Origin: an uncultured Desulfobacteraceae bacterium
GTDB lineage: Bacteria; Desulfobacterota; DSM-4660; Desulfatiglandales; HGW-15
Direction: 5' to 3'
DNA length: 64,000 nt
Assembly: GCA_964520425.1 (NCBI GenBank)
Contig: CAZFMX010000008.1
Location: 2,314-66,313 of the forward strand
Shown here one piece after another: positions 19,568 to 28,792 of the stretch (position 1 is its first letter; every line of letters begins with the position of its first letter). The notes below the pieces were generated by a model. The model worked only from the letters and a program-made list of their open reading frames with translations, had not been told where the DNA came from and searched no databases. Made by a program: the position numbers and the translations under genes.

Positions 19568-21826
19568 CTACTTAATACTGCCCAGTGCTTTAAGGACTTT
19601 GTCCGGGGTGAACGGATAGTCCATTATTCTCACGCCGATGGCATTATACACCGCCATAAGAACAGCGCTGGGGCCGGGTGAGGTGGCTATCTCACCAACG
19701 CCGACAGCATGAAAACGGTGGCTGGGTATCGGGGTATCCTGAGTAAGGGTTGAAAATTTCGGTAGTTCGTTAAAGGTCCTCCACTTGTAGTCTATCATGT
19801 TGGAGTTCATCATTCGTCCGGTACTGGGATCCAGTATGCCCCCTTCGAATATCGCGGTGTCCAGGCCTGCGGCTCCAAGAGCCCCGTGCAACTGGCCTTC
19901 CAGACAGGCAGGAGCAATGACCTGACCGCATCCGGCGCTGTTCACCACGTTTACCAGCTTAACCCTGCCTGTCGTCGTATCTACTTCGACCTCGACAAAG
20001 GTCATAAGAAAATTGCTTAACGAGAAATCCTCGCTAAATCGGCCCTGACCCAGAACCGTGCGCACTATACCGGTCGCCTTACGCCAGAGTATCCTGTTAT
20101 CGGTGTTTTTAATCTCAAATATATATCCATCTTCAGTGTCCAGCTCTTCCGGTTTAAGTTTCATTACCGGTGCCGCCAGTGCCAGCAGCTGGCACCGTGC
20201 GTCTTCAGCGGCCTCGATGACTGCCTTGCCGACCGTATAAGTGCCGCGAGAACCGACTAGGGCAAACTCGAACGGGTTACCGTCCGTATCCGGAAAACTC
20301 ATATTCACATGTTCAAGGGGCAGCTTCAGGACTTCAGCAGCCATCTTACATAAGCTGCTGCGCTGACCCTGCCCAGCCTCCGAGACAGCGACTAAAATGA
20401 GCGCACGTCCATCAGGTGTCAATTTGATCCAGGCTTCGGAATGGTCTTCTCCGACATCCGCATTACAGTGAATGCCCACACCGACTCCTCGCCGCTTGTT
20501 CCCATTGACAGACGTTGGTTGGCCCCATCCCTTCCATTTTTCATCCCAGCCGAATTTAGCTGCACCGTTATCGATGGCCGGAGAAAAATCTATACCCCGG
20601 TAAATATACTTTATGCCGTTCCGCCAGAAATATTCATCACCAACCCGGACGAAATTCTTTTTGAAGAAGTCCAATGGATCCACATTCGCTTTTTCCATGG
20701 CGATGCCCATGATGGGCAGAATCGAGCTTTCCAGTTCCTGGCCGCCGTAGCCCCTGACGATGCCGGTGGGCGCCCGGTTCGTAACGACCAGCTTGGAGCG
20801 GAGATCCCAGTTAGGACAGCGTAGTGCCAACTGAAGTTCACCACAGCCTACAGCGATCTCATGCGGCCCTGCTTCCGAACCCGAACCGGTATTGACAATC
20901 CATTCTCCGGTTACAGCCGTGACTGTCCCGTCATTCTTGATGCCTACCCGGGCATTGATGCGACATGACAATCGCAACGAGTAAGCAGCCAAGTGCTCCT
21001 CTTTTGTGTAATAGATCTTGACCGGATGTCTGGTCGCCCGCGATAGTTCTGCAGCGAAACCGATTGGCGTCAGGTTGGCATTTTTCGTTCCGTAACTGCC
21101 GCCGCACTGTGTAGCTATAAACTGCGTGTCTGCCATACGGAAGAAAGGTTGAGCCAGGTATTTGTTCAAGCCAAGGGATTGAGTGGCCACATAGGCCACC
21201 AGCTTATCCGGATTCTTCCAGTATGCAATGACACCCGGAGGTTCCGGCGGTAATGGATTGGGGAAACATTCATAGAATCCCGTACCCTCTATGATCTCAT
21301 CAGCTTCGGCAAAGCCTTTGTCAACATCACCCTTGATGACATTTTGCAGAAGCTTGGTGATCTGGGGAATCACGTTGTCCGGGTACTGGTCGTACAGTGG
21401 TGGTTGACCCGGTCTAGTGGCCTCATCGACGTCGTAGCAAGCCTGAAGCGGCTCATATTCCACCTCGATGAGTTCAACCGCATGGTTCGCAATTTCGGCC
21501 GTATCCGCCGCTACCAGAGCTACGGCATCTCCGACAAAGCGCACTTTCTTGTCCAAAAGCCTCATGTGATTGGGGATACCCCAAGTCGCATCCGGTACAT
21601 CCTTATATGTCAGTACCGCGTGGACACCGGGCAAGGCCCCCGCCTTGTTGACATCTATGCTCCTTATGTCGGCGTGCGGGAGGGGGCTCCTGAGTACTTT
21701 ACCGATGAGCATGTTTGGCAAACGCACATCATCTAGGTATTGTGCTCTTCCAGTGACTATATCCATCGCGTCTTTACGCGGTGTATCTTTTCCAATGTAA
21801 CGGTAATTATTTGTCATTCTTCCCAC
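19568..21826 (-). CDS. Xanthine dehydrogenase-family molybdopterin-binding large subunit
   Basis: 752 aa. N-terminus YIGKDTPRKDAMDIVTGRAQYLDDVRLPNMLIGKVLRSP is typical of CoxL/XdhB/HcrA-type subunits. Met4 at 21817 is a possible start. Confidence 0.85.
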   Translation of the reverse strand: MGRMTNNYRYIGKDTPRKDAMDIVTGRAQYLDDVRLPNMLIGKVLRSPLPHADIRSIDVNKAGALPGVHAVLTYKDVPDATWGIPNHMRLLDKKVRFVGDAVALVAADTAEIANHAVELIEVEYEPLQACYDVDEATRPGQPPLYDQYPDNVIPQITKLLQNVIKGDVDKGFAEADEIIEGTGFYECFPNPLPPEPPGVIAYWKNPDKLVAYVATQSLGLNKYLAQPFFRMADTQFIATQCGGSYGTKNANLTPIGFAAELSRATRHPVKIYYTKEEHLAAYSLRLSCRINARVGIKNDGTVTAVTGEWIVNTGSGSEAGPHEIAVGCGELQLALRCPNWDLRSKLVVTNRAPTGIVRGYGGQELESSILPIMGIAMEKANVDPLDFFKKNFVRVGDEYFWRNGIKYIYRGIDFSPAIDNGAAKFGWDEKWKGWGQPTSVNGNKRRGVGVGIHCNADVGEDHSEAWIKLTPDGRALILVAVSEAGQGQRSSLCKMAAEVLKLPLEHVNMSFPDTDGNPFEFALVGSRGTYTVGKAVIEAAEDARCQLLALAAPVMKLKPEELDTEDGYIFEIKNTDNRILWRKATGIVRTVLGQGRFSEDFSLSNFLMTFVEVEVDTTTGRVKLVNVVNSAGCGQVIAPACLEGQLHGALGAAGLDTAIFEGGILDPSTGRMMNSNMIDYKWRTFNELPKFSTLTQDTPIPSHRFHAVGVGEIATSPGPSAVLMAVYNAIGVRIMDYPFTPDKVLKALGSIK

Positions 21827-22307
21827 CTTCGATCACAGCAGTGACAGCTTTCAATACTTCGTAATGTGAAATACATCGGCAGAAATTGCCGGAAAGGGCT
21901 TCTTTAATTTCATCCTCCGTTGGGTCGGGATTTTCGTCCAACAAGGCTTTAACGGTCATAATGATGCCCGGGGTACAAAAACCGCACTGGAAGGCGGTGT
22001 GGTCAATGAAGGACTGCTGCAACGGATGCAGCCGGCCTGTTTTAGGGTCCTCCAGTCCTTCGATCGTTGTGATATGCATGCCGTCACACTCTACAGTAAG
22101 CATTGTGCATGACAGGACGGCTTTACCATTAAGTATGACGGTACAGGCACCGCAAGCTCCCTCGTCGCAGGATATCTTTGTACCGAGCAGACCCAGATGA
22201 TTACGCAGGGTTTCTGCTAACGTATCCGATGGAATGATGTCTTTCCCGATCATCAGTTCATAGGGTTTATTGTTGACTACCAGGTTTATTATTGATTTAT
22301 CCGGCAT
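21807..22307 (-). CDS. [2Fe-2S]x2 small subunit of the molybdenum hydroxylase
   Basis: The ORF track extends to 22415 and overlaps the upstream gene. Met37 at 22307 (MPDKSIINLVVNNKPYEL) follows the upstream stop by 7 nt. Motifs CDEGACGACTV and CGFCTPG...CRC are present. Confidence 0.85.
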   Translation of the reverse strand: MPDKSIINLVVNNKPYELMIGKDIIPSDTLAETLRNHLGLLGTKISCDEGACGACTVILNGKAVLSCTMLTVECDGMHITTIEGLEDPKTGRLHPLQQSFIDHTAFQCGFCTPGIIMTVKALLDENPDPTEDEIKEALSGNFCRCISHYEVLKAVTAVIEGGKNDK

Positions 22308-22314
22308 AGTGACC

Positions 22315-24684
22315 TCATTCCCCAGATTTTCCAAGATTTTCAAGGGCTCGCTTGACCATTTCCATGACAATAGGAATTTTATAGCTGTTTTTCTCAAGCG
22401 GCAGCGCATCCTCAAGAGTAGCCTCTGCCGCCGCAGCGGCTTGTTTATCGTCGAGCGGCCGTCCGATCAACACTTTTTCCGCTGTAATAGCCCGTAATGG
22501 ACGAGGGGCAACCGCGCCTAACACGACACGCGCATCCTGACACATACCCTTCTCTATAGAAACAACGGAAGCAACACTGACCAGGGCAAAATCTATCGCC
22601 TCACGCAACCGAAATTTCACAAAAGTCTGCCTGGCACCATCACGTAATGGAGGCACCTGGATTTCTGTCACAATGTCCCCTTGTTCGAGCGCGTTGGGAA
22701 AGGAACCGAAGAATTCGGCAACGGGTATCGTCCTGGTTCCCCTTACGCCGGCAATCTTCACCCTGGCATTTAGGGCCTCAAGCGCTACCGCTGTATCAGA
22801 GGCATTAACGGACACGCAACCGCAGTTAAAACACCTGTTTGCCTCGGTTTTGATCTGGTCTAAATCAGTACCTGGAGTATCTTCAATGTCTATTGTGCGT
22901 TGACTTAATACAATCCTGGATGCCTTTAGCTTCTTTGTCTTCTTGTGATATTCGGTATTGAATTTTAATAAAGGCTCATCCGCGTTCCCCCTATCCTTCC
23001 CTGCTTTCTTTAGATACGCGTCCATAGCCATTGCAGCATTCTTCCCATCTGCAATGGCTTCTATGACTGTTGCGGGCCCGCGTGCCGCCGCGCCACCGGC
23101 AAAGACGCCCGATGTGTTTGTTGCCTGGGTTTCATTGTTAACTCCAATCAGACCGCGGCTGATGTTGACAAACCCTTCGGCGAATTTCAGATCGGAGGCG
23201 TATCCAACCGCCATAACAATGACGTCTGCTTCAACAGTCGTCTTGACATTCTCGTCGTAGGTTGGAGCAAAGCGCCCGGATTTATCATAGACTGAGGTAC
23301 AGCGGACGAGTTCCATCCCGACTACTTTTCCATTAGACTTGAGCACTTTGGAAGGCCCCCAGGAGGGCATAATCCTCACACCTTCTTCTTCAGCCTGCTC
23401 AATTTCCCAGGGAAGTGCAGGCATCTCCTCTCTCTTTTCCAGGCATGTCATCGTGGACTCTTCAGTCCCCAGACGCAATGAGCTGATAGCTGCATCAATA
23501 GCCGCATTTCCTCCTCCTATGACCAATACCTTTTTACCAAGTGCTTTCTTGATGCCTTTTTGAATATCAGCTAGAAATTCAAGTCCGAATAGGGCGGATT
23601 GTTCACCATCCAATCCAATCGATACCGGATTCCAAGCCCCCGTGCCAATAAAGACGACGTCATAGTCTTTCTTGAGATCATCGATGCTGACATCCCTACC
23701 GATATCCACTTTGAGCCTGAATTCAATCCCGATGTTCTCAAGCATTTTTATCGTTCGCCTTACGATATCTTTCGGTAGTCTGTAGGCTGGAATCACCCAC
23801 ATCAACAGACCTCCGGCTTCTTCCATTCGGTCGAAGACAGTAACGCGATGTCCCGATAACCTGAGATAGTAAGCTGCCGTGAGGCCAGCCGGACCGGAGC
23901 CGATTATGCCAACCTTTTTGCCCGTACTTTTTTCAGGTTTTTCAATGATTTCATCCGCTCTATCCAGAATAAAGTCGCCAACGAATCTCTCAATATCCCT
24001 GACTGATAGGGACTCATCGAAATGACCACGATTACATGATTGTTCGCAGAAATGCGGGCATACCCGACCGGTTATCGCTGGAATCGGGTTATTCCTCAGA
24101 AGTTCTCTGGCTGCTTCAATAGGATTACTCTCTCTAATCTGACTCAGGTAGGTCGGTATCATGACGTGACCTGGACAGGCTGACTGGCATGGGGGGGCAG
24201 CAAATCTCAGTCCTCCGAATATCGAGTGATACTGGTTCTCCCTGGTCAGGGCATAGCACTCTTTCCCGCCTTTAAGATAGCAATCGATGCGTCCGCCTAT
24301 TTGATTTGGATATCGATAGTACCAACAACGCACATCCTGGCACAGGTTGCCGCCAAGAGTGCCCATGGTACGGATGTGCGGAGTCGCCACTGCCTCAGTC
24401 GCTTCAGCGAGTACCTTATACTTTTCTCTGACTACGGGAGAATCGGTGATATCCTTCAGCTTTGTCAGGGCACCGATCTTGAGTCCCCTGTCATCTTCTC
24501 TAATGTAGTCCAAATTTGGGATGGTCTTAATATTGATTACGGTCTCAGGATACTCAGGGAGGATTTGATTCTTCAATATTCCGAGGAGGTCGGTCCCACC
24601 GGAAATCAGTTTGGTCTTGCCTTTGCTCTGCAATTTTATCGCACCATTGACAGTCCTCGCGTCTTTATGCTTAAAAGGTTTCAT
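22315..24684 (-). CDS. FAD-binding (CoxM-like) subunit with a nested GltD-like NAD(P)H:Fe-S oxidoreductase module
   Basis: 789 aa. Residues 1-159 are the FAD_binding_5-type N-half (KLISGGTDLLG, GTLGGNLCQDVRCWYYR). About 160-618 is a glutamate-synthase-small-subunit-like module (CQSACPG..., GRVCPHFCEQSC, GIIGSGPAGLTAAYYL, VIGGGNAAIDAA). About 619-789 resumes the CoxM fold (NASDTAVALEALNARVKI) plus a CO-dehydrogenase-flavoprotein C-terminal-like domain. Confidence 0.8.
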   Translation of the reverse strand: MKPFKHKDARTVNGAIKLQSKGKTKLISGGTDLLGILKNQILPEYPETVINIKTIPNLDYIREDDRGLKIGALTKLKDITDSPVVREKYKVLAEATEAVATPHIRTMGTLGGNLCQDVRCWYYRYPNQIGGRIDCYLKGGKECYALTRENQYHSIFGGLRFAAPPCQSACPGHVMIPTYLSQIRESNPIEAARELLRNNPIPAITGRVCPHFCEQSCNRGHFDESLSVRDIERFVGDFILDRADEIIEKPEKSTGKKVGIIGSGPAGLTAAYYLRLSGHRVTVFDRMEEAGGLLMWVIPAYRLPKDIVRRTIKMLENIGIEFRLKVDIGRDVSIDDLKKDYDVVFIGTGAWNPVSIGLDGEQSALFGLEFLADIQKGIKKALGKKVLVIGGGNAAIDAAISSLRLGTEESTMTCLEKREEMPALPWEIEQAEEEGVRIMPSWGPSKVLKSNGKVVGMELVRCTSVYDKSGRFAPTYDENVKTTVEADVIVMAVGYASDLKFAEGFVNISRGLIGVNNETQATNTSGVFAGGAAARGPATVIEAIADGKNAAMAMDAYLKKAGKDRGNADEPLLKFNTEYHKKTKKLKASRIVLSQRTIDIEDTPGTDLDQIKTEANRCFNCGCVSVNASDTAVALEALNARVKIAGVRGTRTIPVAEFFGSFPNALEQGDIVTEIQVPPLRDGARQTFVKFRLREAIDFALVSVASVVSIEKGMCQDARVVLGAVAPRPLRAITAEKVLIGRPLDDKQAAAAAEATLEDALPLEKNSYKIPIVMEMVKRALENLGKSGE
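22831..24207 (-). other. Inserted GltD-like module inside the FAD subunit (approximate bounds)
   Basis: Bounds come from my residue count (aa ~160-618 of the 789-aa protein). The flanking sequence on both sides is contiguous CoxM-like. Confidence 0.6.
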
Positions 24685-24778
24685 TTTGCCTCGCTCAAAG
24701 ATAAGAAACTTGATGTTACCCTAACACTGTTTAGCTGGGTTTGTAAAACACGTTTTATTGCTCAGTTTTTGAGATGTG

Positions 24779-24808
24779 AGTATAGGAAAGTCTTGACTTG
24801 TGTGTCAA
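24779..24808 (-). promoter_or_regulatory. Sigma-70-type promoter of the Mo-hydroxylase operon
   Basis: Minus strand reads CTTGACA, 18 nt, TATACT, CACA, about 95 nt upstream of ATG 24684. Same promoter class as 12396, 35806 and 45945. Confidence 0.6.
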
Positions 24809-24831
24809 GCAGCACGCTTCCTCATAGTCTC

Positions 24832-25746
24832 TTAGACCGAGAGACTGATTATTCCATTTCTGGCCCTTCCCTGATAAACCGGAATGATGCTGCGGATGGA
24901 AATAGTAACAAAAATGATGATACCCCCTGCAATGGCCCAAGACCCGGGTCTTTCACCAATCAACAGGAAGACCCAGACGGGATTGAGGACCGGCTCAACA
25001 ACAGGAATCAGGACCCCTTCCAGGGCGGTAACCCGCTTGATGGCCATGGAATAGAGCACATAGGAGAGACCAAGCTGAAACATACCCAGCAAACCCAATC
25101 CTATCCAGCTTTGCGTGTCGGGCATGGATTCAAACATGAAAGGGAGCATCACCAGGGCAACTAAGATGTTCCCCAGCAGTATCGATTCCAGGGGTTCTCC
25201 GGATTTCTGTTTGCGCAACAGGAGGATCATCGCGGCGAAGGTGATACCGCTGAAGATCGAAATCACATTTCCCCACAGTCCTCCAAAAGTCAGTTCATCC
25301 AGAAAAAAGAGGACCATTCCCCCCATGCAAATAAGGATAACCATCCAATCAAAAAGATGGGCACGTTCATTTAAGAACCAGGACCCGAAAAGGGCGACAT
25401 AGATTGGAGCGGTGTATTGCAGTAGGATGACGTTTGCCGCGGTGGTCAGTTTATTACCCACCACAAAGCCGGTGGTCGTGCAGGCATAGGCGATGGCGCA
25501 TGCGATTTGGACTTTGGAAAAAGAAATTTTGGATTTCCGCAGGAAGAGAAATATGAAAAGCCCTGCGATGGCGCTTCGCATACCGGCAATGCCAAGGGGA
25601 CTCCACGCTATGAGCTTTATCAGCACGCCGCCGAAACTCCACAGAACGGCCGCGGTCAGGAGTAGAAGAACAGCTTGAATATGGCTTTTCTGTGAAATGT
25701 TATCTGATAGATCCATGGAACAAAAAATTAATTTCTGCGATCTCAA
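24832..25746 (-). CDS. EamA/DMT-family transporter
   Basis: 304 aa, 10 predicted TM segments arranged as two EamA-like halves. Confidence 0.8.
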   Translation of the reverse strand: MRSQKLIFCSMDLSDNISQKSHIQAVLLLLTAAVLWSFGGVLIKLIAWSPLGIAGMRSAIAGLFIFLFLRKSKISFSKVQIACAIAYACTTTGFVVGNKLTTAANVILLQYTAPIYVALFGSWFLNERAHLFDWMVILICMGGMVLFFLDELTFGGLWGNVISIFSGITFAAMILLLRKQKSGEPLESILLGNILVALVMLPFMFESMPDTQSWIGLGLLGMFQLGLSYVLYSMAIKRVTALEGVLIPVVEPVLNPVWVFLLIGERPGSWAIAGGIIIFVTISIRSIIPVYQGRARNGIISLSV

Positions 25747-25807
25747 CCCGTCCCGCCATTATACCCAACCATAGCTTCCGGCAACGGTGGAAGCTTATAG
25801 CGCCCTT

Positions 25808-25832
25808 CCTCCGTAGCAGGCTACTACGGAGG
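25808..25832. repeat. Short palindromic unit
   Basis: CCTCCGTAG-CAGGCTA-CTACGGAGG. Confidence 0.7.
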
Positions 25833-26125
25833 ATGGAACGGCTGATCATAGAAATCTTCATTCAAGATTTGAGATTAAGAAAGACACAGCAACTCCAATT
25901 ATGAATCTCGAATCTGCAATCTTGAATCATTCCTTCGGAACCCGTTGCTTCAGTTCTTCAAACGAGTTTGTGCATTAATCTCATAATGAATGAGTGACTT
26001 CCCAAGCATGGACATAACCCCCTCCCGGAAAATTTGAGTTACAGGCTGTTTGAAAATACTCTGGGGAGCTTGTGTTCATGAGTCCTGACCTACAGTTCTA
26101 TTACACTATCTGTATGAAAGAAGCA

Positions 26126-26589
26126 TTAATAGGCCTCTCTGGTCTGAACAGTAGAAACCTCCTCCTCACCCATAAGGCGGTTATCGCCAACAACATCGGC
26201 AGTGAGTACTCTTTCCGCATAGCGGAAAGCCTCAAGCAGCCCCCTCGAAGGGGGCTCAAAGGATAGAGGCTTTTCTGTTGTGACTGGCGGGAGGACGCCT
26301 TCTTTTCGTGACTTATCTGTGGGGGAAGCCCTGGCTTCCCGTCTCAAAGAGACGGGAAGAACAGCGGAGGGGGCAAGTTTCCCTCGCAGATAAGTCATTG
26401 AAAAGACCAGACCGGGAGCCTCGGAACGGAAGAAAAGCCTCTGCCCTTTGAGCTTATCTCCTTGTACTAAGAAACCATTCGTTTCTCGCCGGAACGGTAG
26501 AACCTTTCCGGGTCCACCGCCAGAGGCGGTGGATTTAGATCACAACTAAGAAGAGCACTGAGTTTGCGTTTTACACGTTCTTCGGTCAT
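26126..26589 (-). pseudogene. Decayed 5' fragments of a class III cyclase-type gene, interrupted by repeat A1
   Basis: Minus-strand MTEERVKRKLSALLS... (from 26589) and ...AERVLTADVVGDNRLMGEEEVSTVQTREAY* (26260-26126) both resemble the common cyclase N-terminus (ERV.RRLAAILAADVVGYSRLMGEDE). No catalytic domain follows. Confidence 0.45.
26230..26470 (+). repeat. Family-A structured long-hairpin element, copy A1 (inverted relative to A2/A3)
   Basis: Its reverse complement aligns along the full length with 56082-56315. Inner stem is 26310-26325/26381-26396 and the apical hairpin is CTTCCCGTCTC-AAA-GAGACGGGAAG. The strand given is the one on which mismatches become G-U pairs. Confidence 0.75.
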
Positions 26590-26640
26590 GGGCTCACTTC
26601 CTTCGGCATGTTGAAGTTTACGCCGTTAGATTCGCTGATA

Positions 26641-26785
26641 CCGGCTGCAGCAAAGCAGGAATCTAACGGGGTGAATCCCGAATAATTCCGCCTATAGTGG
26701 ACTCCGTCGAACAAGGATTTAATCGAGTTTACCCCATTAAATTCCGCGTATAGCAGCCCCTGCGAAGCAGGGATTTAACAGGGTA
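26641..26785. repeat. Composite of short repeat units (ATTCCGC...GGATTTAA type)
   Basis: AATTCCGCCTATAG...GGATTTAATCGAG and AATTCCGCGTATAGCAGCCCCTGCGAAGCAGGGATTTAACAGGG. It shares CCCCRTTAAATT and GGGATTTAAC motifs with 36388-36530. Confidence 0.55.
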
Positions 26786-26868
26786 AAGGTTACCTGCAAA
26801 GTTGGTGATATTTGTTGGGAATTTAGGATAGTTGCATACGATTTGTCAAGACAATCCTGTTTTTCTTT

Positions 26869-28434
26869 TTATCTTACTCTTTGCCCGGATAATATTTCCT
26901 TCCAGAAGGCGAGCTTATCCGGATCCGCAATCGGCAAAACTTCCGTTCGGGTGCCGATGTACATTGTTGTTGCCTCATCTGCGTTGAACACAGGCCATAA
27001 CGGAAGGTCCGAACTATTGGGATCACCTGTTTTAGCAAAGTTGGTCCAATATGTGGATACCTGATCCGCTATGGTATGGTCAATACCTTCCCATGGCCGA
27101 TCTAACAAATGAAGGTTGTTGAACACGTAAAGGAGTTCACTGGAATGAAAAGCCCCGAACTCCGGATGTTCCGGCCATGGGATGGCACGGTCGAAGTAGT
27201 AAGTGTATATCCGGCTGCTTATCCTGGCCTGTTCTGAAGCCCATAGATACAGAGAGACACGGGCCCTGTCCCGGCCACTGGTTTTTCGCAAGGTCTTGAC
27301 TGCGGGATCGGAGTTCACCGGATATAAAGAGAGAAATTTCTCTGCTTTTTCTCCATAGCGTTCCTGGACTTCTTTTTTATAGGCCTGAACGGTTGCTTCT
27401 GGAGACGGACCAAAGCTGCCACCGGCACCCATGTCATCCGCTGTGAATCCGTTCATTACCGGCACCTGTTTTTCGGTGCGATTGTTTTCGGAAAGAAACC
27501 AGTTGTCCTGTATAGGACCGAAGCGAATCCCCTGGGGGACATCCAACAGCGCTTCAGGAGGCATGGCACGTAGTTCCGCCAATGAAGCGGCGCCTTTGGC
27601 TTTGGCAAACTCCAAGCCCACCTGTTCTGCGGTTTCCAGTGATGTGCCGAGGCTCAGAGTATTAGGGGGAAACAATCCCGGGCCGCTCTGAATAATCGCG
27701 CGGGTGAATAGCCCGTTCGCCAGCGGCGACTGCATCAGCATGGAAACCGACATGGCACCGGCTGACTGGCCGAAGATCGTGACCTTATCGGGATCTCCTC
27801 CGAAAACAGAGATATTATTGTGTATCCACCGAAGAGCCGCTACCTGGTCGAGAAGGCCGTAGTTCCCGGATGTTCCATGGTCCGATTCTTCTGTCAGTTC
27901 AGGATGGGCGAGGAATCCGAGGAGCCCAACCCGGTAGTTGATGTCAACCAGAACAACACCTTTTCTTGCCAGGGCTTCACCGTCATAAACCGCCACGGCA
28001 TTCGATCCTTCAGTGAAGCCGCCTCCGTATATATAGACCATGACCGGAAGTTTTTCATTTTCGGACGGCGCCCCCGTCCAGATATTCAGGTTTAGGCAGT
28101 CTTCGCTTATCTCGCCCTGATGCATGAACTCCTCGGTCCATGGCAAACGGGATCCCTCCAATGTCTGAATGCAGGCGGGAGGTAGCGTATCGGCAGAACG
28201 TACACCCTTCCACGGTTCCGGCGGGCGCGGCGGCTGCCAGCGGAGATTGCCGACAGGAGGTGCGGCATAGGGAATGCCTTTATATACCCTGATTGAAGGA
28301 TCATGGCCTGTTGTGCCGACCAGTATGCCCTCTTTGACCTGTACGCGAAGGTTACTCTGATGGCATGCCAGAGCAAAGATTGAACTGAGAACTGCGAAAG
28401 CCAGGAATATTTGTAAGCAGAATCGCTTTTTCAT
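26869..28434 (-). CDS. Secreted type-B carboxylesterase
   Basis: 521 aa with a signal peptide, nucleophile elbow FGQSAGA, and the preceding FGGDPDKVTIFG typical of the family. Confidence 0.85.
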   Translation of the reverse strand: MKKRFCLQIFLAFAVLSSIFALACHQSNLRVQVKEGILVGTTGHDPSIRVYKGIPYAAPPVGNLRWQPPRPPEPWKGVRSADTLPPACIQTLEGSRLPWTEEFMHQGEISEDCLNLNIWTGAPSENEKLPVMVYIYGGGFTEGSNAVAVYDGEALARKGVVLVDINYRVGLLGFLAHPELTEESDHGTSGNYGLLDQVAALRWIHNNISVFGGDPDKVTIFGQSAGAMSVSMLMQSPLANGLFTRAIIQSGPGLFPPNTLSLGTSLETAEQVGLEFAKAKGAASLAELRAMPPEALLDVPQGIRFGPIQDNWFLSENNRTEKQVPVMNGFTADDMGAGGSFGPSPEATVQAYKKEVQERYGEKAEKFLSLYPVNSDPAVKTLRKTSGRDRARVSLYLWASEQARISSRIYTYYFDRAIPWPEHPEFGAFHSSELLYVFNNLHLLDRPWEGIDHTIADQVSTYWTNFAKTGDPNSSDLPLWPVFNADEATTMYIGTRTEVLPIADPDKLAFWKEILSGQRVR

Positions 28435-28792
28435 AAAAACCTCCCTTTCATTCTATATCCCGTATTTCACACTACACTGCCCTCATTCTGTTACGACTAT
28501 GAGATCTAACATGTAATATTTATCAATTCAACACAATCCCCAATAAAATCTTATTCCAGGTTTTGAAGGTTATCACTCCTTCGCGAGTTCTCTTTCATGC
28601 TTATTCCGACTATACTTTCAAACGATTAGAGCTTAAAGAGCCATCGTTTTCTTCAGTGAACGCTCTGATGCAGATTTTAGCAGATATATACTTGAAAAAA
28701 TCAGGTGAATGGAATATTTAAAGTAGACCAAAAAGGAAAGTAAAAGCAATTGGTTGTTCACTCAGGCGAACAATCACGATTGGAAAGAGACC

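Noticed and set aside
24226-25164. 312-aa plus-strand ORF
   Set aside because: It runs antisense across the 5' end of the FAD/GltD gene, the promoter region and the 3' end of the EamA gene. Its composition is odd and it has no motifs, so it is an artefact of long antisense open frames.
26641-26785. Possible mini CRISPR array (recurring ATTCCGC...GGATTTAA units)
   Set aside because: Only 2-3 imperfect units are present, with irregular spacing and length. The units are themselves palindromic REP-like sequences, and no cas genes or leader are present.
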